Shown in pieces: positions 53,501-64,000 of a stretch of 64,000 nucleotides of DNA (position 1 is its first letter; every line of letters begins with the position of its first letter). The stretch is taken from NCBI GenBank assembly GCA_964016885.1, contig OZ024743.1, positions 321,284,001 through 321,348,000 on the forward strand. Direction: 5' to 3'. A program made the position numbers and the translations under genes. Under the pieces are notes generated by a model. The model was not told the origin of the DNA and did no database searches. It saw nothing but the letters and a program-made list of their open reading frames with translations. This DNA comes from Eledone cirrhosa (Eukaryota).

Positions 53501-56500
53501 ACTGAGCTGACTGGTGATATGTTATAATACAGAAGTCCAGTCCACTAGTTCCAGCTCTGTGACAGAGATGACACAGGACTGAGCTGACTGGTGATATGTT
53601 ATAATACAGAAGTCCAGTCCACTAGTACCAGATCTGTGTCATAATATATGACACAGGACTGAGATGAGTAGTGATATGTTATAATACAGAAGCCCAGTCC
53701 ACTAGTACCAGCTCTGTGACAGAGATGACACAGGACTGAGCTGACTGGTGATATGTCACAATACAGAAGTCCAGTCCACTAGTACCAGCTCTATGACAGA
53801 GATGACACAGGACTGAGCTGACTGGTCTTATGTTATAATACAGAAGTCCAGTCCACTAGTACCAGCTCTGTGACAGAGATGACACAGGACTGAGCTGACT
53901 GGTGATATGTTATAATACAGAAGCCCAGTCCACTAGTACCAGCTCTGTGACAGAGATGACACAGGACTGAGCTGACTGGTGATATGTCACAATACAGAAG
54001 TCCAGTCCACTAGTACCAGATCTGTGTCATAATATATGACACAGGACTGAGATGAGTAGTGATATGTTATAATACAGAAGCCCAGTCCACTAGTACCAGC
54101 TCTGTGACAGAGATGACACAGGACTGAGCTGACTGGTGATATGTCACAATACAGAAGTCCAGTCCACTAGTACCAGCTCTATGACAGAGATGACACAGGA
54201 CTGAGCTGACTGGTCTTATGTTATAATACAGAAGTCCAGTCCACTAGTACCAGCTCTGTGACAGAGATGACACAGGACTGAGCTGACTGGTGATATGTTA
54301 TAATACAGAAGCCCAGTCCACTAGTACCAGCTCTGTGACAGAGATGACACCGGACTGAGCTGACTGGTGATATTTCACAATACAGAAGTCCAGTCCACTA
54401 GTACCAGCTCTGTGACAGAGATGACACAGGACTGATCTGACTGGTGATATGTCACAATACAGAAGTCCAGTCCACTAGTACCAGCTCTGTGACAGAGATG
54501 ACACAGGACTGAGCTGACTGGTGATATGTCACAATACAGAAGCCCAGTCCACTAGTACCAGTTCTGTGACAGAGATGACACAGGACTGAGCTGACTGGTC
54601 ATATGTCACAATACAGAAGTCCAGTCCACTAGTACCAGCTCTGTGACAGAGATGACACAGGACTGAGCTGACTGGTGATATGTCACAATACAGAAGTCCA
54701 GTCCACTAGTACCAGCTCTGTGACAGAGATGACCCAGGACTGAGCTGACTGGTGATATGTCACAATACAGAAGTCCAGTCCACTAGTACCAGCTCTGTGA
54801 CAGAGATGACACAGGACTGAGCTGACTGGTGATATGTCACAATACAGAAGTCCAGTCCACTAGTACCAGCTCTGTGACAGAGATGACACAGGACTGAGCT
54901 GACTGGTGATATGTCCCAATACAGAAGTCCAGTACACTAGTACCAGCTCTGTGACAGAAATGACAAAGGACTGAGCTGACTGGTGATATGTCACAATACA
55001 GAAGTCCAGTACACTAGTACCAGCTCTGTGACAGAGATGACACAGGACTGAGCTGACGGGTGATATGTCACAATACAGAAGTCCAGTCCACTAGTACCAG
55101 CTCTGTGACAGAGATGACACAGGACTGAGCTGACTGGTTATATGTTATAATACAGAAGTCCAGTCCACTAGTACCAGCTCTGTGACAGAGATGACACAGG
55201 ACTGAGCTGACTGGTCATATGTTATAATACAGAAGTCCAGTCCACTAGTACCAGCTCTGTGACAGAGATGACACAGGACTGAGCTGACTGGTGATATGTT
55301 ATAATACAGAAGTCCCGTCCACTAGTACCAGCTCTGTAACAGAGATGACACAGGACTGAGCTGACTGGTGATATGTTATAATACAGAAGTCCAGTCCACT
55401 AGTACCAGCTCTGTGACAGAGATGACACAGGACTGAGCTGACTGGTGATATGTCACAATACAGAAGTCCAGTCCACTAGTACCAGCTCTATGACAGAGAT
55501 GACACAGGACTGAGCTGACTGGTCTTATGTTATAATACAGAAGTCCAGTCCACTAGTACCAGCTCTGTGACAGAGATGACACAGGACTGAGCTGACTGGT
55601 GATATGTTATAATACAGAAGCCCAGGCAATTAGTACCAGCTCTGTGACATAATATATGACACAGGACTGAGATGAGTAGTGATATGTTATAATACAGAAT
55701 TTCCAGTACACTAGTACCAGCTCTGTGACAGAGATGACACAGGACTGAGCTGATTGGTCTTATGTTATAATACAGAAGTCCAGTCCACTAGTACCAGCTC
55801 TGAGACAGAGATGACACAGGACTGAGCTGACTGGTGATATGTTATAATACAGAAGCCCACGCAATTAGTACCAGCTCTGTGACATAATATATGACACAGG
55901 ACTGAGATGAGTAGTGATATGTTATAATACAGAAGTCCAGTACACTAGTACCAGCTCTGTGACAGAGATGACACAGGACTGAGCTGACTGGTGATATGTC
56001 ACAATACAGAAGTCCAGTCCACTAGTACCAGCTCTGTGACAGAGATGACACGGGACTGAGCTGACTGGTCATATGTTATAATACAGAAGCCCAGTCCACT
56101 AGTACCAGCTCTGTGACAGAGATGACACAGGACTGAGCTGACTGGTGATATGTCACAATACAGAAGTCCAGTCCACTAGTACCAGCTCTGTGACAGAGAT
56201 GACACAGGACTGATCTGACTGGTGATATGTCACAATACAGAAGTCCAGTCCACTAGTACCAGCTCTGTGACAGAGATGACACAGGACTGAGCTGACTGGT
56301 GATATGTTATAATACAGAAGCCCACGCAATTAGTACCAGCTCTGTGACATAATATATGACACAGGACTGAGATGAGTAGTGATATGTTATAATACAGAAG
56401 TCCAGTACACTAGTACCAGCTCTGTGACAGAGATGACACAGGACTGAGCTGACTGGTGATATGTCACAATACAGAAGTCCAGTCCACTAGTACCAGCTCT

Positions 56501-59500
56501 GTGACAGAGATGACACGGGACTGAGCTGACTGGTCATATGTTATAATACAGAAGCCCAGTCCACTAGTACCAGCTCTGTGACAGAGATGACACAGGACTG
56601 AGCTGACTGGTGATATGTCACAATACAGAAGTCCAGTCCACTAGTACCAGATCTGTGTCATAATATATGACACAGGACTGAGATGAGTAGTGATATGTTA
56701 TAATACAGAAGCCCAGTCCACTAGTACCAGCTCTGTGACAGAGATGACACAGGACTGAGCTGACTGGTGATATGTCACAATACAGAAGTCCAGTCCACTA
56801 GTACCAGCTCTATGACAGAGATGACACAGGACTGAGCTGACTGGTCTTATGTTATAATACAGAAGTCCAGTCCACTAGTACCAGCTCTGTGACAGAGATG
56901 ACACAGGACTGAGCTGACTGGTGATATGTTATAATACAGAAGCCCAGTCCACTAGTACCAGCTCTGTGACAGAGATGACACAGGACTGAGCTGACTGGTG
57001 ATATGTCACAATACAGAAGTCCAGTCCACTAGTACCAGGTCTGTGACAGAGATGACACAGGACTGATCTGACTGGTGATATGTCACAATACAGAAGTCCA
57101 GTCCACTAGTACCAGCTCTGTGACAGAGATGACACAGGACTGAGCTGACTGGTGATATGTCACAATACAGAAGCCCAGTCCACTAGTACCAGTTCTGTGA
57201 CAGAGATGACACAGGACTGAGCTGACTGGTCATATGTCACAATACAGAAGTCCAGTCCACTAGTACCAGCTCTGTGACAGAGATGACACAGGACTGAGCT
57301 GACTGGTGATATGTCACAATACAGAAGTCCAGTCCACTAGTACCAGCTCTGTGACAGAGATGACACAGGACTGAGCTGACTGGTGATATGTCACAATACA
57401 GAAGTCCAGTCCACTAGTACCAGCTCTGTGACAGAGATGACACAGGACTGAGCTGACTGGTGATATGTCACAATACAGAAGTCCAGTCCACTAGTACCAG
57501 CTCTGTGACAGAGATGACACAGGACTGAGCTGACTGGTGATATGTCACAATACAGAAGTCCAGTACACTAGTACCAGCTCTGTGACAGAAATGACAAAGG
57601 ACTGAGCTGACTGGTGATATGTCACAATACAGAAGTCCAGTACACTAGTACCAGCTCTGTGACAGAGATGACACAGGACTGAGCTGACGGGTGATATGTC
57701 ACAATACAGAAGTCCAGTCCACTAGTACCAGCTCTGTGACAGAGATGACACAGGACTGAGCTGACTGGTTATATGTTATAATACAGAAGTCCAGTCCACT
57801 AGTACCAGCTCTGTGACAGAGATGACACAGGACTGAGCTGACTGGTCATATGTTATAATACAGAAGTCCAGTCCACTAGTACCAGCTCTGTGACAGAGAT
57901 GACACAGGACTGAGCTGACTGGTGATATGTTATAATACAGAAGTCCAGTCCACTAGTACCAGCTCTGTAACAGAGATGACACAGGACTGAGCTGACTGGT
58001 GATATGTTATAATACAGAAGTCCAGTCCACTAGTACCAGCTCTGTGACAGAGATGACACAGGACTGAGCTGACTGGTGATATGTCACAATACAGAAGTCC
58101 AGTCCACTAGTACCAGCTCTATGACAGAGATGACACAGGACTGAGCTGACTGGTCTTATGTTATAATACAGAAGTCCAGTCCACTAGTACCAGCTCTGTG
58201 ACAGAGATGACACAGGACTGAGCTGACTGGTGATATGTTATAATACAGAAGCCCAGGCAATTAGTACCAGCTCTGTGACATAATATATGACACAGGACTG
58301 AGATGAGTAGTGATATGTTATAATACAGAATTTCCAGTACACTAGTACCAGCTCTGTGACAGAGATGACACAGGACTGAGCTGATTGGTCTTATGTTATA
58401 ATACAGAAGTCCAGTCCACTAGTACCAGCTCTGAGACAGAAATGACACAGGACTGAGCTGACTGGTGATATGTTATAATACAGAAGCCCACGCAATTAGT
58501 ACCAGCTCTGTGACATAATATATGACACAGGACTGAGATGAGTAGTGATATGTTATAATACAGAAGTCCAGTACACTAGTACCAGCTCTGTGACAGAGAT
58601 GACACAGGACTGAGCTGACTGGTGATATGTCACAATACAGAAGTCCAGTCCACTAGTACCAGCTCTGTGACAGAGATGACATGGGACTGAGCTGACTGGT
58701 CATATGTTATAATACAGAAGCCCAGTCCACTAGTACCAGCTCTGTGACAGAGATGACACAGGACTGAGCTGACTGGTGATATGTCACAATACAGAAGTCC
58801 AGTCCACTAGTACCAGCTCTGTGACAGAGATGACACAGGACTGATCTGACTGGTGATATGTCACAATACAGAAGTCCAGTCCACTAGTACCAGCTCTGTG
58901 ACAGAGATGACACAGGACTGAGCTGACTGGTGATATGTCACAATACAGAAGCCCAGTCCACTAGTACCAGTTCTGTGACAGAGATGACACAGGACTGAGC
59001 TGACTGGTCATATGTTATAATACAGAAGTCCAGTCCACTAGTACCAGCTCTGTGACAGAGATGACACAGGACTGAGCTGACTGGTGATATGTCACAATAC
59101 AGAAGTCCAGTCCACTAGTACCAGCTCTGTGACAGAGATGACACAGGACTGAGCTGACTGGTCATATGTTATAATACAGAAGCCCAGTCCACTAGTACCA
59201 GCTCTGTGACAGAGATGACACAGGACTGAGCTGACTGGTGATATGTTATAATACAGAAGTCCAGTCCACTAGTACCAGCTCTGTGACAGAGATGACACAG
59301 GACTGAGCTGACTGGAGATATGTCACAATACAGAAGTCCAGTCCACTAGTACCAGCTCTGTGACAGAGATGACACAGGACTGAGCTGACTGGTCATATGT
59401 TATAATACAGAAGTCCAGTCCACTAGTACCAGCTCTGTGACAGAGATGACACAGGACTGATCTGACTGGTGATATGTTATAATACAGAAGCCCAGTCCAC

Positions 59501-62500
59501 TAGTACCAGCTCTGTGACAGAGATGACACAGGACTGAGCAGACTGGTGATATGTTATAATACAGAAGTCCAGTCCACTAGTACCAGCTCTGTGACAGAGA
59601 TGACACAGGACTGAGCTGACTGGTGATATGTCACAATACAGAAGTCCAGTCCACTAGTACCAGCTCTGTGTCATAATATATGACACAGGACTGAGATGAG
59701 TTGTGATATGTTATAATACAGAAGCCCAGTCCACTAGTACCAGCTCTGTAACAGAGATGAGACAGGACTGAGCTGACTGGTGATATGTCACAATACAGAA
59801 GTCCAGTACACTAGTACCAGCTCTGTGACAGAGATGACACAGGACTGAGCTGACTGGTGATATGTTATAATACAGAAGTCCAGTACACTAGTACCAGCTC
59901 TGTGACAGAGATGACACAGGACTGAGCTGACTGGTCATATGTTATAATACAGAAGTCCAGTACACTAGTACCAGCTCTGTGACAGAGATGACACAGGACT
60001 GAGCTGACTGGTGATATGTTATAATACAGAAGTCCAGTCCACTAGTACCAGCTCTGTGACAGAGATGACACAGGACTGAGCTGACTGGTGATATGTCACA
60101 ATACAGGAGTCCAGTCCACTAGTACCAGCTCTGTGACAGAGATGACACAGGACTGAGCTGACTGGTCATATGTTATAATACAGAAGCCCAGTCCACTAGT
60201 ACCAGCTCTGTGACAGAGATGACACAGGACTGAGCTGACTGGTGATATGTCACAATACAGAAGTCCAGTCCACTAGTACCAGCTCTGTGACAGAGATGAC
60301 ACAGGACTGATCTGACTGGTGATATGTCACAATACAGAAGTCCAGTCCACTAGTACCAGCTCTGTGACAGAGATGACACAGGACTGAGCTAACTGGTGAT
60401 ATGTCACAATACAGAAGTCCAGTACACTAGTACCAGCTCTGTGACAGAAATGACAAAGGACTGAGCTGACTGGTGATATGTCACAATACAGAAGTCCAGT
60501 ACACTAGTACCAGCTCTGTGACAGAGATGACACAGGACTGAGCTGACGGTTGATATGTCACAATATAGAAGTCCAGTCCACTAGTACCAGCTCTGTGACA
60601 GAGATGACACAGGACTGAGCTGACTGGTTATATGTTATAATACAGAAGCCCAGGCAATTAGTACCAGCTCTGTGACATAATATATGACACAGGACTGAGA
60701 TGAGTAGTGATATGTTATAATACAGAAGTCCAGTACACTAGTACCAGCTCTGTGACAGAGATGACACAGGACTGAGCTGACTGGTGATATGTCACAATAC
60801 AGAAGTCCAGTCCACTAGTACCAGCTCTGTGACAGAGATGACACGGGACTGAGCTGACTGGTCATATGTTATAATACAGAAGCCCAGTCCACTAGTACCA
60901 GCTCTGTGACAGAGATGACACAGGACTGAGCTGACTGGTGATATGTCACAATACAGAAGTCCAGTCCACTAGTACCAGCTCTGTGACAGAGATGACACAG
61001 GACTGATCTGACTGGTGATATGTCACAATACAGAAGTCCAGTCCACTAGTACCAGCTCTGTGACAGAGATGACACAGGACTGAGCTGACTGGTGATATGT
61101 CACAATACAGAAGCCCAGTCCACTAGTACCAGTTCTGTGACAGAGATGACACAGGACTGAGCTGACTGGTCATATGTTATAATACAGAAGTCCAGTCCAC
61201 TAGTACCAGCTCTGTGACAGAGATGACACAGGACTGAGCTGACTGGTGATATGTCACAATACAGAAGTCCAGTCCACTAGTACCAGTTCTGTGACAGAGA
61301 TGAGACAGGACTGAGCTGACTGGTCATATGTTATAATACAGAAGTCCAGTCCACTAGTACCAGCTCTGTGACAGAGATGACACAGGACTGAGCTGACTGG
61401 TGATATGTCACAATACAGAAGTCCAGTACACTAGTACCAGCTCTGTGACAGAGATGACACAGGACTGAGCTGACTGGTGATATGTCACAATACAGAAGCC
61501 CAGTCCACTAGTACCAGTTCTGTGACAGAGATGACACAGGACTGAGCTGACTGGTCATATGTTATAATACAGAAGTCCAGTCCACTAGTACCAGCTCTGT
61601 GACAGAGATGACACAGGACTGAGCTGACTGGTGATATGTCACAATACAGAAGTCCAGTCCACTAGTACCAGCTCTGTGACAGAGATGACACAGGACTGAG
61701 CTGACTGGTCATATGTTATAATACAGAAGCCCAGTCCACTAGTACCAGCTCTGTGACAGAGATGACACAGGACTGAGCTGACTGGTGATATGTTATAATA
61801 CAGAAGTCCAGTCCACTAGTACCAGCTCTGTGACAGAGATGACACAGGACTGAGCTGACTGGTGATATGTTATAATACAGAAGCCCAGTCCACTAGTACC
61901 AGCTCTGTGACAGAGATGACACAGGACTGAGCTGACTGGAGATATGTCACAATACAGAAGTCCAGTCCACTAGTACCAGCTCTGTGACAGAGATGACACA
62001 GGACTGAGCTGACTGGTGATATGTTATAATACAGAAGTCCAGTCCACTAGTACCAGCTCTGTGACAGAGATGACACAGGACTGAGCTGACTGGTGATATG
62101 TTATAATACAGAAGTCCAGTCCACTAGTACCAGCTCTGTGACAGAGATGACACAGGACTGAGCTGACTGGAGATATGTCACAATACAGAAGTCCAGTCCA
62201 CTAGTACCAGCTCTGTGACAGAGATGACACAGGACTGAGATGAGTAGTGATATGTTATAATACAGAAGCCCAGTCCACTAGTACCAGCTCTGTGACAGAG
62301 ATGACACAGGACTGAGCTGACTGGTCATATGTTATAATACAGAAGCCCAGTCCACTAGTACCAGCTCTGTAACAGAGATGACACAGGACTGAGCTGACTG
62401 GTGATATGTTATAATACAGAAGTCCAGTACACTAGTACCAGCTCTGTGACAGAGATGACACAGGACTGACCTGACTGGTGATATGTCACAATACAGAAGT

Positions 62501-64000
62501 CCAGTCCACTAGTACCAGCTCTGTGACAGAGATGACACAGGACTGAGCTGACTGGTGATATGTCACAATACAGAAGTCCAGTACACTAGTACCAGCTCTG
62601 TGACAGAGATGACACAGGACTGAGCTGACTGGTGATATGTCACAATACAGAAGTCCAGTCCACTAGTACCAGCTCTGTGACAGAGATGACACAGGACTGA
62701 TCTGACTGGTGATATGTCACAATACAGAAGTCCAGTCCACTAGTACCAGCTCTGTGACAGAGATGACACAGGACTGAGCTGACTGGTGATATGTTATAAT
62801 ACAGAAGTCCAGTCCACTAGTACCAGATCTGTGACAGAGATGACACAGGACTGAGCTGACTGGTCATGTGTTATAATACAGAAGTCCAGTCCACTAGTAC
62901 CAGCTCTGTGACAGAGATGACACAGGACTGAGCTGACTGGTGATATGTTATAATACAGAAGTCCAGTCCACTAGTACCAGCTCTGTGACAGAGATGACAC
63001 AGGACTGAGCTGACTGGTGATATGTCACAATACAGAAGTCCAGTCCACTAGTACCAGCTCTGTGACAGAGATGACACAGGACTGAGCTGACTGGTCTTAT
63101 GTTATAATACAGAAGTCCAGTCCACTAGTACCAGCTCTGTGACAGAGATGACACAGGACTGAGCTGACTGGTGATATGTCACAATACAGAAGTCCAGTCC
63201 ACTAGTACCAGCTCTGTGACAGAGATGACACAGGACTGAGCTGACTGGTCTTATGTTATAATACAGAAGTCCAGTCCACTAGTACCAGCTCTGTGACAGA
63301 GATGACACAGGACTGAGCTGACTGGTGATATGTTATAATACAGAAGCCCAGTCCACTAGTACCAGCTCTGTGACAGAGATGACACAGGACTGAGCTGACT
63401 GGTGATATGTCACAATACAGAAGTCCAGTCCACTAGTACCAGCTCTGTGACAGAGATGACACAGGACTGATCTGACTGGTGATATGTCACAATACAGAAG
63501 TCCAGTCCACTAGTACCAGCTCTGTGACAGAGATGAAACAGCACTGAGCTGACTGGTGATATGTCACAATACAGAAGCCCAGTCCACTAGTACCAGTTCT
63601 GTGACAGAGATGACACAGGTCTGAGCTGACTGGTCATATGTTATAATACAGAAGTCCAGTCCACTAGTACCAGCTCTGTGACAGAGATGACACAGGACTG
63701 AGCTGACTGGTGATATGTCACAATACAGAAGTCCAGTCCACTAGTACCAGCTCTGTGACAGAGATGACACAGGACTGAGCTGACTGGTGATATGTCACAA
63801 TACAGAAGTCCAGTCCACTAGTACCAGCTCTGTGACAGAGATGACACAGGACTGAGCTGACTGGTGATATGTCATAATACAGAAGTCCAGTCCACTAGTA
63901 CCAGCTCTGTGACAGAGATGACACAGGACTGAGCTGACTGGTGATATGTCACAATACAGAAGTCCAGTACACTAGTACCAGCTCTGTGACAGAAATGACA
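23560..64000. repeat. 77-bp satellite array, >40 kb, about 525 monomers, continuing past the window end
   Basis: Consensus AGAAGTCCAGTCCACTAGTACCAGCTCTGTGACAGAGATGACACAGGACTGAGCTGACTGGTGATATGT(CAC/TAT)AATAC; period 77 (23641 to 23718). All monomers seen are head-to-tail. Confidence 0.98.

Noticed and set aside
23560-64000. CRISPR array
   Set aside because: There are no unique spacers (the whole 77-bp unit repeats), the context is eukaryotic and no cas genes are present.
23560-64000. Satellite-encoded hammerhead ribozyme or tandem tRNA genes
   Set aside because: The consensus lacks a CUGANGA plus GAAA core on either strand and has no GTTC B-box or convincing cloverleaf, despite the tRNA-like length.

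Overview
AT-rich eukaryotic DNA; its SINEs, LINE tails and microsatellites resemble those of octopus/cephalopod genomes (inference). The first ~23.5 kb holds four phase-compatible + strand exons of a tandem MAM-domain protein gene (2656-3000, 5458-5613, 9906-10042, 22770-22965). The introns and upstream DNA are full of transposable elements: RTE and R4/Dong LINEs, Penelope-like elements with inverted repeats, tRNA-type SINEs, a non-autonomous Helitron and a small MITE. A near-full-length RTE LINE (11140-15047) shows a twin-priming-type inversion and three C-terminal C2H2-like fingers. From ~23560 to the window end (>40 kb) lies a homogeneous 77-bp satellite (~525 monomers). It has an 80-bp hairpin-forming variant and multi-kb block duplications of several periods. 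It starts ~600 bp after an open-frame splice donor, so it probably fills a giant intron of the MAM gene.
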